From: Phycisphaeraceae bacterium
GTDB taxonomy: Bacteria; Planctomycetota; Phycisphaerae; Phycisphaerales; Phycisphaeraceae
Direction of reading: 5' to 3'
NCBI GenBank assembly: GCA_963674705.1
Contig: OY771506.1
Span: forward strand, 1,632,001-1,696,000
Length of the DNA: 64,000 nt
The notes under the pieces were generated by a model that had not been told where the DNA came from, did no database searches, and worked only from the letters and a program-made list of their open reading frames with translations. Position 1 is the first letter of the stretch. The number at the start of each line of letters is the position of its first letter. This document shows, piece after piece, positions 21,244 to 30,963 of the stretch. Made by a program: the position numbers and the translations under genes.

Positions 21244-23388
21244 TTATTTTTCTGAATCTTCCGATTCGTTTGATTCTTCGTCCGTGCTTTCGTTCTCGTA
21301 GCGAGTCTTCATGTTGAACAGATGCTTCTCGAGCGTGCCGGGTTTGACGGCGTTTTCGACGATCTCCGTGCTCTTGTAGATGCCTTCGCCCATCTTCTCA
21401 AGAGATTGCACATCCGTCACGATCTCGGGCGTCAGGAACAGAAGTAGTTCCGTCTTGCTCTTGGTCTCCTGCTTACGACGGAACAACGCGCCCAGGCCGG
21501 GGATGTCACCCAGCAATGGGACCTTGCTTTCGGTCAGCGTGTACTGGTCTTCCATCAATCCGCCGATCACGATGGTTTGTCCGCCTTGGATGGCGACGCG
21601 TGTCTCTGCGAAACGCTTGGCGATGACCTGCGCGTCGAGCTGCTCGGAGATCGCGACCGTTCGGCCGCTGATCGTTGACAATTCCTGCGACACGTCGAGC
21701 GTGACGCGGTTGTCCGGGTTGATCTGAGGCGTGACGTCGAGGATCAGGCCGATCTCGCGGTACTCGATCGTGTTGATCGTGTTGCCTGCGTCGGTCTCGC
21801 GCGTGTTGGTGACGAACGGGAACTCTTCACCGATCAGGATGTTCGATGGCTGATTATCCGAAGCCAGGATGTAAGGCCGAGACACGACCTCCAGCTTGCC
21901 GACCTCCTGCAACAGGCGGATGTTCAACAGGAAGTCATCGGTATCCAGCAGGACCGCCTGGAAACCGCCGCTCGCCGCGGCGACACTGAAGTCCGTCAGC
22001 AGGCTGTCGACCGATCCGCCGACGTTGTAGAGTTCACCTTCGACGCCGACATCCAGTTGGTCATCGATAGAAACTTCAGCGATCAGCACGCGGATCAACA
22101 CTTGCGGCTGTTGTGTGTCGAGTGATTCCAGGATCGCCATGATTCGATCGTGATTGCGCTCAGGGGTGAGGATCATCAGTGTGTTGGTTGCCTCATCGGC
22201 GACCGTGGTCACCTGCCCGACCAGGCTGCCGGCGAACGAATCGCTGCTGGAACTGCTGTTGTTGTTATTATTATTATTGTTGTTGCGGCTGCGCGGATCG
22301 CGCGGGCTGTTGTTGCTGCTGGAGGATGAATTTTCATCAAACAGGTCGTTGAACGCCGTCTCCAGGTCGGTCGCGAGAATGTGCTTGACGTGGTACACCA
22401 GCACGGACTCGCGCGCGGTGGTGTCGGCATCGAGCTGGTTGATCACTTCCTCGACAACCGTCATCAACTCGGGCGATGCGCTGACAACAACACTGTTGGT
22501 TCGTTCGTCGGAGGCGGCGCTGACTTCGCGGCCCTGCACTTGTGTGTTGCTGTCATCATTGCCGCCCATCCCGGGCGGGCCGAAACGGCTGAAACGCCTC
22601 TGAATCGCCCGGCCGACTGCGGAATCCGCGCTCTCCCTATCCTCAAATGTCTCTTCTAATAATTGCGCGGTGTCTTCGGCGTCCGCGTACTGCAGTTGGA
22701 AGACACGCACCTGCGTCACCGATGAGATCGACTTGTCCACCGCATTGACGATCTGAACGATACGCTTGATGTTCGCCTCCGCGTCCGTGATGATCAGCGA
22801 GTTGCTCGCTTCATTCGCCGCCACCTCGGCGACCTCGGTATTGATCAGCGGGGAAAGGTCGTCAGAAAGACTCTTGGCATCGGCGTAACGGATCGGAACG
22901 ATCTGCGTGATGATCGTATCCGTGTTGCCGATCTGGTCCGGATCGTTGCCGTAGCGAACGGGGATCGCATCGAGCTTGGCATCCTGCAAGCGGACAATAC
23001 GAAGCAACCGATCGCGACGCACGGCCGTGTAACCTTTCTCCATCAGCAGCGTGTTGATCAGGTTGATCGCTTCATCGAGCGTGATCGGCTGACGGTTGAC
23101 CACCGTGATGCGCCCATCGACCGCGGTGTCGTTGACGACGATGAGCCCGGCCTGTTCGGACAGGTACTCGAGCACGGTCTGCAGCGGCGCGTCGCTGAAG
23201 TTCATCAGCAGGCCGTTGCCGTTGATCAACGGCGTGTTGGGCGCCTGCTCTTGCTGCTCGCTGAGCGTCAGGTTCGGCGCCTGCTCGTCTGCGGCAGTGT
23301 TGCCTTCATCCTGTGCGAAACTCACAGGCGCGACGGACAACACCGTGCATACAAACAGGGTCGTGGATAGTGTAAATAGACGTCTCAT
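21244..23388 (-). CDS. gspD: Type II secretion secretin GspD
   Basis: ATG 23388 after AGGAG; N0/N1-N3 domains, QVLIRVLIAEV, IVIGGL, KVPLLGDIPGLGALFR, TELLLFLTP. Confidence 0.92.
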   Translation of the reverse strand: MRRLFTLSTTLFVCTVLSVAPVSFAQDEGNTAADEQAPNLTLSEQQEQAPNTPLINGNGLLMNFSDAPLQTVLEYLSEQAGLIVVNDTAVDGRITVVNRQPITLDEAINLINTLLMEKGYTAVRRDRLLRIVRLQDAKLDAIPVRYGNDPDQIGNTDTIITQIVPIRYADAKSLSDDLSPLINTEVAEVAANEASNSLIITDAEANIKRIVQIVNAVDKSISSVTQVRVFQLQYADAEDTAQLLEETFEDRESADSAVGRAIQRRFSRFGPPGMGGNDDSNTQVQGREVSAASDERTNSVVVSASPELMTVVEEVINQLDADTTARESVLVYHVKHILATDLETAFNDLFDENSSSSSNNSPRDPRSRNNNNNNNNNSSSSSDSFAGSLVGQVTTVADEATNTLMILTPERNHDRIMAILESLDTQQPQVLIRVLIAEVSIDDQLDVGVEGELYNVGGSVDSLLTDFSVAAASGGFQAVLLDTDDFLLNIRLLQEVGKLEVVSRPYILASDNQPSNILIGEEFPFVTNTRETDAGNTINTIEYREIGLILDVTPQINPDNRVTLDVSQELSTISGRTVAISEQLDAQVIAKRFAETRVAIQGGQTIVIGGLMEDQYTLTESKVPLLGDIPGLGALFRRKQETKSKTELLLFLTPEIVTDVQSLEKMGEGIYKSTEIVENAVKPGTLEKHLFNMKTRYENESTDEESNESEDSEK

Positions 23389-23398
23389 AGTTGTACTC

Positions 23399-24067
23399 CT
23401 ACTGGCTCTCACGCTCCCGCCGTTCGCGGAGCCGGCGAAGAATGTCGGCTGTGCTTGAACCCGTATCGCTTGACTCGTTGCTTGAAGTTGTACTGTTATC
23501 AGAGCCCCGCTCTGATGTAGAGGAACCATATCCGTCCGACGAACCGTAGTAACCCGACATGCCTGATCCGTATGATCGGCTGGCAAGCGCGCCGGTCAGG
23601 TCGTACCCGATCTGGATATTGCGCTGCTCATCACCGACCTGATACTCGACAACGTCGTGGCTGATCGCACCCAGCTTTCCGCTGGCAAAGGTTTCGTCCT
23701 CGCCTACGCGGAAGACCTCGCGCGTCTGCATGTTCTCGAAGAACGCCAACCAGCGTTCGCCTGTGTAACTGACGCCGATGAACCGGTACGCACGGTCCGG
23801 ATCCTCCGGCTCGGGCTGCGGCTCATATTGCTGCTCAGGTTGTTCCTGGCCTGCTTCACCCGGAGCCGGTTCAACACGCGGGGCGCGACGCTGGCTCGGT
23901 ACGAACAGGTTGCCGTTGATCACCTTCTCCATCGTTTCCTTGGAGACTTCCTTGGCCGTCCATGCCGAAGCATCGATCTTTTCTTCCTGCGCCGACGCCG
24001 AAGCACTCAGCATCAACAGCGAAGACAGGCAGCACATCGCGATAATCATGTTTGACTTTGTTTTCAT
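23399..24067 (-). CDS. Hypothetical exported protein in T2SS operon (GspC-like position)
   Basis: Signal peptide; NLF...FIGV...AFF...GEDETF pattern reminiscent of the GspC HR domain; coupled to neighbours. Confidence 0.55.
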   Translation of the reverse strand: MKTKSNMIIAMCCLSSLLMLSASASAQEEKIDASAWTAKEVSKETMEKVINGNLFVPSQRRAPRVEPAPGEAGQEQPEQQYEPQPEPEDPDRAYRFIGVSYTGERWLAFFENMQTREVFRVGEDETFASGKLGAISHDVVEYQVGDEQRNIQIGYDLTGALASRSYGSGMSGYYGSSDGYGSSTSERGSDNSTTSSNESSDTGSSTADILRRLRERRERESQ

Positions 24068-24597
24068 GATGCGCCCTCCTCTTCGCTCAACACCAGCGTC
24101 GACACCGTCAGCCGAAGCGTCAGGCGGTTGCTGCTGTCGTCACGCCTGGCGATGTCGCATGACAACACCGCCAACGGGATCTGCGCTTGCTGGACCTTCT
24201 GGAGGAACTTTGCGACCGAACTTAATTCGCCCGTTGCGGTCAGGCTGAAACGCACTTCCGTAAACGGCGGGCTGCTCAGGTTGCCGCCGGCGCTGAGGTT
24301 GTTCAGCGTTAATCCGGAACTTTCCGCCACCCGGCTGACCTGGCCCTGCACGTTCAATCGCGCCGATGCCGGGCTGCTCCACAACCCCGCGAGCTTACGC
24401 TCTTCCCAGCGAGAGAGGATCAGTTCACGGTTATCCACCAGCACCATGTCTTCATCAATCTGCTGCTCAAGCGTGTCCGCTTGTTCGCGCAGATCGCTCA
24501 GGTACACCTGCATCGGCGAGATCAGCAAACGGTCGGCTACGAAGAAACCAACGATCAGCGCGACCGCCCAGGCCAGTAATCGCTCGCGTTTAGACAT
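24064..24597 (-). CDS. GspM/PilO-like protein
   Basis: MSKRERLL plus TM, coiled coil, ferredoxin-like C-terminus; operon position. Confidence 0.7.
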   Translation of the reverse strand: MSKRERLLAWAVALIVGFFVADRLLISPMQVYLSDLREQADTLEQQIDEDMVLVDNRELILSRWEERKLAGLWSSPASARLNVQGQVSRVAESSGLTLNNLSAGGNLSSPPFTEVRFSLTATGELSSVAKFLQKVQQAQIPLAVLSCDIARRDDSSNRLTLRLTVSTLVLSEEEGAS

Positions 24598-25922
24598 CAG
24601 CGGCCCCCCTTTCCAGCGATATAGTTGAACACGATTTCAAATCGTACTTCGCCCCGGTCGTTCTGTGTCTGTGCCGAGTCACGAAGCGCAACGCTGCTTA
24701 AACTCTCCGACGCCTGCATCGTCCTCAAAAACTCGAGCATCTGGCTGCGCGTCTCGGCCCGGCCCTGTAGCGAACCGCTCTTATCCGCGTTCAACCGGAA
24801 CTCTGTCAGCCGTAATTCACTTCGCTGCGGCACGCATTCGGTCAGCACCTGCATGCACGAAAGCATGTCCACGCGCTTATCAAACCACGGCGCGGATTCA
24901 TCCAGCCGCGACTTCACCTCGCTGAGCATCTCAACATCCGACGCCATCCCCGCCGCCGTTGCCTGCAGCGTTGATAACCGATGCTCTCGGCTCCACCACA
25001 ACCCACCGACCGCAAGAATCAACAGAACCACCAGCGCCGCAACACCCACGCCGATCCGCTGCGTCTTGGTCAGGCCCCTGCCCGTTTCCTTCGAGGCTCG
25101 ACAACGCAGCAGGTCCAGCATGTCGTGCTGTTGTGCACGCCGCCGCATCGCATCGATCACAGATTCATCGATCACGGATGTCGAACCACCCGCTACACCG
25201 TTCAGGTACGAGGCGATGCTGTGCGGATCGATCCCCGTTGCCGGATCGGATGCCAGCACGAGTTCGCTTTGATTGCTTGATAGCTGCGGGTCGGACGCGA
25301 TGTTGGCCGTGATCGCACGCGCCGCACCGGCCGGGTCGTTATCGAGCGTATCGCACAGCGAACGCAATCCGACCGTCCTGCCGTCCCGCACCAATGCCAA
25401 CTCAGCCATCGGCGGATCGATACGCACAAGCGTCGTGTCCGCCTGCTTCTCGTTGACATATGCCTGCGCCGTCACGTGGATCGCAACCGGCGTCAGCCCT
25501 GCTTCTGCAAGCGTCTTGGTCAGGCTCTCCAGTTTCTTGCGCGTCGTCACGCCGATCAACACTTCGCTCGCCCCGCTGCTTCGGCTGATCGTATAGTCGG
25601 CAACCAGGTTGCCCGCGTCCGTCGCATAGTCCCGGCTGACGCGCATCTTTACCGCGCCTGCCGCCACGTTCGTATCGGTCGACGGCACGCTCAATCGCTG
25701 CGTCAACACCCACGATACCGGCACGCCCACCACCACGCGCCCCAGCGACAAACGGTGCGAACCCAACTGGTTTTTCAGTAACGCGCCCAACGTCGCCGCA
25801 TCCATGTCGGACCAGCGACCGGGCAGATCGATCTTGACTGGCTGCGCATCACCCGGCGCCGCGGCGACCACACGGTGCTCGTCGATCAACATCACAAGAT
25901 GCTTCTTCGCATCACGTGCCAC
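24597..25922 (-). CDS. GspL/PilM-PilN-like protein
   Basis: Cytoplasmic N-domain, single TM near residue 290, PilN-like C-domain; operon position. Confidence 0.65.
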   Translation of the reverse strand: MARDAKKHLVMLIDEHRVVAAAPGDAQPVKIDLPGRWSDMDAATLGALLKNQLGSHRLSLGRVVVGVPVSWVLTQRLSVPSTDTNVAAGAVKMRVSRDYATDAGNLVADYTISRSSGASEVLIGVTTRKKLESLTKTLAEAGLTPVAIHVTAQAYVNEKQADTTLVRIDPPMAELALVRDGRTVGLRSLCDTLDNDPAGAARAITANIASDPQLSSNQSELVLASDPATGIDPHSIASYLNGVAGGSTSVIDESVIDAMRRRAQQHDMLDLLRCRASKETGRGLTKTQRIGVGVAALVVLLILAVGGLWWSREHRLSTLQATAAGMASDVEMLSEVKSRLDESAPWFDKRVDMLSCMQVLTECVPQRSELRLTEFRLNADKSGSLQGRAETRSQMLEFLRTMQASESLSSVALRDSAQTQNDRGEVRFEIVFNYIAGKGGR

Positions 25923-27415
25923 TAATGCACCCCCGATCCGTATTGTTCAGATACTTCGTCCACCGTTGCTCCTTGACGTAAGGCAACTCTAATCTCCGGA
26001 TCGATCGGCCAACCCAGGTCCGTGATGTCCTGCAGGTACACCACACGCGGGCCCTCCACTTCTTCGCCGTTGCTCGACAACGTGTCGATCACCACGCGGT
26101 AACGCACGAACCCTCGGCCGTCCCCACTCACCGCCAGGATGTCCGCGCCAAACTGAAAACTGCGCGTCGTCAGCAGATTCGCCGCCGCGACCGCTTTCTC
26201 TTTATCTAACGCGTCGACCAGCCATAACATCGATTCCTGATCGGTGTCGCGCGCCGAAACGATCTTCTGCCCGTCGCCCTCTTCAAGCCCCGGCAACAAA
26301 TCCAGCACCTCCGCCGGCGCCGTGTTCACATTGATCAAGCCACGCTGCACGTTCTGGTTGTTCGCGGTGACTTTGTCCTGTAGCTTCGCGAACTCTTCAT
26401 CCGTCAGCTTCAGCTTGATCGCAAAGTCGAGCGCGTTCTGGAACGGCCGGCCCGTCAGGACCTGCGGCGACACCTCGTTGAACCGCTTTTCTTCAAGCTC
26501 ATCTCGCAACAACTGGAACAACTCGCCGCCCTGATTCAGGTTTGTCCGGTCCTCGCCGTCAACGGTCTTGTTCGGCTCGACGCTGTACACCGTCAGGTAC
26601 GGATACAAACCCACGTCCAGCGAGCCGTCCGCGTTATCACTCGGCGGGGTTGCCGCAGCGTCGTTCTCGTTGTCATCAAGTACGCCGTTGCGGTTTGTGT
26701 CTTCGCCGTAAAGAATCAGTTCATCCACATCACGCACCAGCAGCAACTCTTCGAGTGTCTCGAATCGGCTGTTCTTCGCTTCGTAACCGATGCGTTGCGC
26801 CAGGTAATAGTCGGACTCCGCGCCGCCGTCTCGTATCTCGTCGTCGCCATCCGCCCAGTCGGCGATCGCGTTACAGATTTCGCTGTTCAAGCCGATCAAC
26901 CCGGATAGCGCCTCGGGGGGCGTGACACTCACGTTCAGCCGCGTGTTCTCCGGCACCACGCCGTAGGTCGGCTCTTCATCCGTCGTAAAGTCCTGCGCGA
27001 TCACCCAGAACAATCCGTTGCCCAGGGGTTCTGCTTGTACTTCAAGAAAATCTATCGCCGGGTTCTCACCCGCATCGATCGAGTTCTGCAAATCCGCCTT
27101 GATCGCCTCGATCACCCCCATTGCGATCATCCGCGCCTGCACCTGTGAGACATTGTTCCCCGCAGTGACCGCTTCGGTCTGCATCTGTCGAGCAAACACC
27201 AACGCCATCGCCACCAGGAACACGATCATCGCCAACACCACCACCAGCGCCGCACCACGTTGACGCTTTATAGTGGTCAGGCGCTCTACCCCCCTCTCCC
27301 CTCGGGAGAGGGCCGGGGTGAGGGCCGAATTCCTTTTGCACGCTATCAACCAATTTATTCGGGTGCCACACATTGACTGCGCAGCAGCAATGTGTGTTGA
27401 GTCGTTCCATCGCAC
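25922..27415 (-). CDS. gspK: Minor pseudopilin GspK (start uncertain; leader contains repeats)
   Basis: QRG|AALVVVLAMIV, AIADWAD, FETLEELLLV, INVNTAPAEVL helix-hairpin-helix. Confidence 0.85.
   Translation of the reverse strand: MRWNDSTHIAAAQSMCGTRINWLIACKRNSALTPALSRGERGVERLTTIKRQRGAALVVVLAMIVFLVAMALVFARQMQTEAVTAGNNVSQVQARMIAMGVIEAIKADLQNSIDAGENPAIDFLEVQAEPLGNGLFWVIAQDFTTDEEPTYGVVPENTRLNVSVTPPEALSGLIGLNSEICNAIADWADGDDEIRDGGAESDYYLAQRIGYEAKNSRFETLEELLLVRDVDELILYGEDTNRNGVLDDNENDAAATPPSDNADGSLDVGLYPYLTVYSVEPNKTVDGEDRTNLNQGGELFQLLRDELEEKRFNEVSPQVLTGRPFQNALDFAIKLKLTDEEFAKLQDKVTANNQNVQRGLINVNTAPAEVLDLLPGLEEGDGQKIVSARDTDQESMLWLVDALDKEKAVAAANLLTTRSFQFGADILAVSGDGRGFVRYRVVIDTLSSNGEEVEGPRVVYLQDITDLGWPIDPEIRVALRQGATVDEVSEQYGSGVH
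27289..27326. repeat. Family R REP inside the gspK leader
   Basis: CCCCCCTCTCCCCTCGGGAGAGGGCCGGGGTGAGGGCC. Confidence 0.9.
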
Positions 27416-27446
27416 ACTTTGCCCTTCGGGTCAAAGTGTGGCACCC
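27361..27446. repeat. Inverted pair of GGGTGCCACAC hairpins (family D)
   Basis: GGGTGCCACACATTGACTGCGCAGCAGCAATGTGTG ... CACACTTTGCCCTTCGGGTCAAAGTGTGGCACCC; a half copy recurs at about 28706-28730. Confidence 0.75.
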
Positions 27447-27472
27447 CATGCTGGTAAGTAAAAGTGTCACGC

Positions 27473-28138
27473 TCATCTTCCCACCCCCGACAGGATACTG
27501 TCCGAGCGCGTCCCGGCCGGCATCGCGATGATCTGTGTGAACATCAGGTCATCAGAGTTTGAATACTTCGAATCCTCATCCGGATGATACAACGTGATAC
27601 GCACCGCCAGCGGCAGCGTGTTGTCCTGCTGGGTTGAGTCCCAGTCATCGACCCAGTCCGACCCGTCGCTGTATTCAACATTCCAGCCGGTCAGTCCGCG
27701 TGCAAGTATCTGCTCCTCCGGGTCCGTTGTCGCCGGTGCGAGCAGATTCGTCGTGATATAACGCACAAGCATGAACGTATCGCTATCGTCCGTATCTTCT
27801 GCCAGTTCAAGACTGACGTTGATCAAATCAGACAGCTTGCCGTCCGGCGGGAGGAAGCTGTTGGCGGTGGTAAAGCTGATCACGTCCTGCTGGCTGTCGT
27901 CTTCACCAAGGAATCCACCGGCCATTTCACCGGTCGGCGGCGGAACGGATTGCAGATCACGCCGCACCAGTTCCAGCGCCAGGCTCAACGTGCGGTCCTT
28001 GCCGATCGTGCTCGAAGCCTTGTCGCGCGTCGTCGTCGCAATCATCAGGCTCGCGTAGACCGTCGCCGCCAGGATCGCGGTGATCGCGATCGCCAGGATC
28101 AGCTCAATCAACGTAAATGCACGGTTTCGAGGCCTCAT
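27473..28138 (-). CDS. gspJ: Minor pseudopilin GspJ
   Basis: RA|FTLIELILAIAI; DWVDDWDS...LPLAVRITL. Confidence 0.85.
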   Translation of the reverse strand: MRPRNRAFTLIELILAIAITAILAATVYASLMIATTTRDKASSTIGKDRTLSLALELVRRDLQSVPPPTGEMAGGFLGEDDSQQDVISFTTANSFLPPDGKLSDLINVSLELAEDTDDSDTFMLVRYITTNLLAPATTDPEEQILARGLTGWNVEYSDGSDWVDDWDSTQQDNTLPLAVRITLYHPDEDSKYSNSDDLMFTQIIAMPAGTRSDSILSGVGR

Positions 28139-28749
28139 GTATCACTTTCGTCATGCACGGCTGTGGTCAGCGTGATCGTCTGGGGTCGGCCGCGCCGCTC
28201 CCAACTCACCGTCATCGTGAGTTTCCGCACGCTCGGGTCGAGCCATTCCTCGACCTGCAGCACCCAGGTATAACGCCCCGACTGTCCTGTTTCTTCGTCC
28301 TCAACTTCAAATTCTCCGGTGTCGTCCCCGAACTGCCAGCTCTCATCCAGCAGGATCTCGTTGATCTTGTTTTCCGCCAGCCGCGCCGCCTCCGCCCGGT
28401 CCTGTGCCAACCCGCCGATATGCGTCGCCGTATTGAGCGCCCCCATCAACACCGGCAACACGATCGCCACCAATAACAACGCCGCCAAAACTTCGAGTAA
28501 TGAGAATCCTCGTTGAGTATGCCTTCGCCTTACCCCCTCTCCCCCTGGGAGAGGGCCGGGGTGAGGGCCAACAACCTTGGAGTTACTTACTGCAATTACT
28601 TCTTCTGATACAGCAGATTCTTTTTCTGCACGATGGGTAAAGTCTGTACACCCAATCAACCCGGCCCTCACCCTAGCCCTCTCCCGAGGGGAGAGGGGAC
28701 CGGAGTTGACTGCGCAGCAGCAAAGTGTGCTTTCAAACTCACTCTTCAT
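28135..28749 (-). CDS. gspI: Minor pseudopilin GspI with an 81-aa repeat-derived leader
   Basis: QRG|FSLLEVLAALLLV; ATG 28749 lies 1 bp after the gspH stop. Confidence 0.8.
   Translation of the reverse strand: MKSEFESTLCCCAVNSGPLSPRERARVRAGLIGCTDFTHRAEKESAVSEEVIAVSNSKVVGPHPGPLPGGEGVRRRHTQRGFSLLEVLAALLLVAIVLPVLMGALNTATHIGGLAQDRAEAARLAENKINEILLDESWQFGDDTGEFEVEDEETGQSGRYTWVLQVEEWLDPSVRKLTMTVSWERRGRPQTITLTTAVHDESDT
28533..28703. repeat. Inverted pair of family R REPs inside the gspI leader
   Basis: 28533-28569 and 28661-28703. Confidence 0.9.
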
Positions 28750-28750
28750 C

Positions 28751-29296
28751 TCAGAGGCGCAGCGCATTGAGCACCTCCTGGGCCTTCAGCCCCTTCACTT
28801 CGCTCTTACCCATGATCCGGTAGCGCTCGGTCGCCGCTTCGCAGGTAATCACAACGAACCGATCATCCTGCTCGACGATCACCGTGCCCGGCGTCACCAG
28901 GCCCGTCGGCTCGAAGTAGAGCATGATCTCGTTGTAGCCGCTCTTTTCGACATCCGTATCGATCTCGATCGTGTTGTTCCACTGAACCGACTCGACACCC
29001 GTGCCGACGGTTTGTTCGTAGCCTTCATCACCGATGTGCTCGATGTACGCTTCGCGCTGCTCAAGGTTGATTACTACGCGGTACGTATTCGCTTCGTGGA
29101 TCGCGCGCGTCTGCGCCTGCTGCGTCAAGGTGAACAGTTCTACCGCAGTGTTATCCAGCGCCGCCCTCCGCGCAAAACCGCTGAGTGCGGGTGTCGCCAG
29201 TGTGGTGAGAGTGGCGATAAGCACCAGCACGAGGATCAGCTCAAGCAGAGTGAAGCCGAGAGCCGATCTGCGGGTTGTACGCGTGCGTGGGTTCAC
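28751..29296 (-). CDS. gspH: Minor pseudopilin GspH/FimT
   Basis: G|FTLLELILVLVLI, AQTRAI, FEPTG. Confidence 0.82.
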   Translation of the reverse strand: MNPRTRTTRRSALGFTLLELILVLVLIATLTTLATPALSGFARRAALDNTAVELFTLTQQAQTRAIHEANTYRVVINLEQREAYIEHIGDEGYEQTVGTGVESVQWNNTIEIDTDVEKSGYNEIMLYFEPTGLVTPGTVIVEQDDRFVVITCEAATERYRIMGKSEVKGLKAQEVLNALRL

Positions 29297-29733
29297 TTGG
29301 TTGTTGTCCAGTTGGCGATGTCGTCGTTACCCCCGGCCCGTTGATCGGGGCCGTAGGAATACAGATCGAATCCCTCTTCGTTGTGCGTGCCCGGGCATCG
29401 GTACTGCCATTCGTTACCCCACTGGTCCACCGGCACAACGTCCGATTCCAGGTATGGACCGGACCAGCCCTCGGCATCGGAAGGCTCTTCGATCAGCGCT
29501 TCCAAGCCCTGCTGCGTCGTCGGGTACGAACCGACCTGCAGTTCATACGTGCCCAGCGCGGTCTTGAAGTCGCTTAGTTGTGTCTTTGCGGCGGTGATCC
29601 GCGCTTTCTCGGATTGGCCGGCAAAGCGCACGCCGACGATCGCCGACAACACGGCAAGGATGACCAGCACCAGCAGCAGTTCGAGAATGCTGAAACCACG
29701 GCTGCGTGTTTGACGTTTGTTCTTATTCATCAT
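29293..29733 (-). CDS. gspG: Major pseudopilin GspG
   Basis: G|FSILELLLVL, YPTTQQGLEAL, WSGPYL, DQWGNEW, DLYSYGPD, DDIANW. Confidence 0.95.
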   Translation of the reverse strand: MMNKNKRQTRSRGFSILELLLVLVILAVLSAIVGVRFAGQSEKARITAAKTQLSDFKTALGTYELQVGSYPTTQQGLEALIEEPSDAEGWSGPYLESDVVPVDQWGNEWQYRCPGTHNEEGFDLYSYGPDQRAGGNDDIANWTTTK

Positions 29734-29743
29734 GATTAAACCT

Positions 29744-30958
29744 CTACTGAATCGCGTCCCAAAGATCGAACACCGGTAACAGCATACCGATCACGATCGT
29801 CCCCACGAGCGTCGCCATGACAAACAGCAACGCCGGCTCTGCCAACGACACCAGCATCCGCAGGCGACGGTCCAACTCTTGTTCATTATCTACACCCAAC
29901 CGATCGAGCTCCGCGCTTAGCTGCCCGGACTCTTCCGCCACCGCGATCACTTCCAAAACCGACGGCGGGAACAACCCCGGGCACGTCGCCAAGCCACGCG
30001 CCAAACTGTCGCCGCGCTGCACGCGGTCGATCGATTCATCCAAAGCGTCGGAAAGGATCTGGTTGCCGATCGCTTCACGCGCCACGCGCAATGACATGAT
30101 CAACGGCACACCCGCGCCGAGCAGCGTCCCCAGCATCCGGCAAAAACGCACGAGTGCGAACCTCGCCGTCACCGTGCCGACGCCCGGCACCTTGAGTATC
30201 CATTTATCCCTGAATCGTCGTCCGCCCGGCGTCGCCAGCGCACGCTTGCCGACGATTGCCAGCAAAGCCGCGATGACAAGGATGAAAGGCCCGTACTCAC
30301 GCACCGCAAGACTCACGCCCTGGATGATCCGTGTGATCAAAGGCAAATCCTGGCCGAACTGCTCAAAGATCCCCGAAAACTTCGGGATAAACCACGACAG
30401 CAAGAACGTCACCACGCCCGTCGCGACACACATCAGCACGATCGGGTAGATCATCGCGCCGGTCACCCGGCTTTTAAGGTCACGCTCGCGCGACATGAAC
30501 TCGGCGATCTGACGGAGTACGACATCCAGGAAGCCGCCCGTCTCGCCGGCACGCACCATCGCGACATGCACCGGCGCGAACACGCGGTCGTGCTTGCTCA
30601 TCGCTTCTGCGAGCGGTGTGCCGTCCGACACCTCGTCGCGCACGTTTTGCCAAAGCGACTTCGCCGCCTGTGATTTTGATTCTCTTCCCAGAATTTCAAG
30701 CGCCCTGCTTAACGGCACACCCGCCGCAAGCAAGCCGGAAAGCTGACGCAGAAACTGATGCACCTGGGCCGGACGCACACGACCGGTCGTCGCACGCTGC
30801 AAGCCTGATTGACTCGCCTCGTCCTGTTCATCGACGCTGACGGGCATCAGGCCGCGCTGCTCGATCGCCTCGGCCGCAGCCGTCGCGTTCGCCGCGTCGA
30901 TCACGCCGCTGCGCTTCTTGCCTGTGGATTCAAGTCCGGTATAAGCGAACACGGGCAT
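29744..30958 (-). CDS. gspF: Inner-membrane platform protein GspF
   Basis: LAAGVPL, MVRAGETGGFLD, AMIYP, LAEPALL. Confidence 0.94.
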   Translation of the reverse strand: MPVFAYTGLESTGKKRSGVIDAANATAAAEAIEQRGLMPVSVDEQDEASQSGLQRATTGRVRPAQVHQFLRQLSGLLAAGVPLSRALEILGRESKSQAAKSLWQNVRDEVSDGTPLAEAMSKHDRVFAPVHVAMVRAGETGGFLDVVLRQIAEFMSRERDLKSRVTGAMIYPIVLMCVATGVVTFLLSWFIPKFSGIFEQFGQDLPLITRIIQGVSLAVREYGPFILVIAALLAIVGKRALATPGGRRFRDKWILKVPGVGTVTARFALVRFCRMLGTLLGAGVPLIMSLRVAREAIGNQILSDALDESIDRVQRGDSLARGLATCPGLFPPSVLEVIAVAEESGQLSAELDRLGVDNEQELDRRLRMLVSLAEPALLFVMATLVGTIVIGMLLPVFDLWDAIQ

Positions 30959-30963
30959 CGTCG

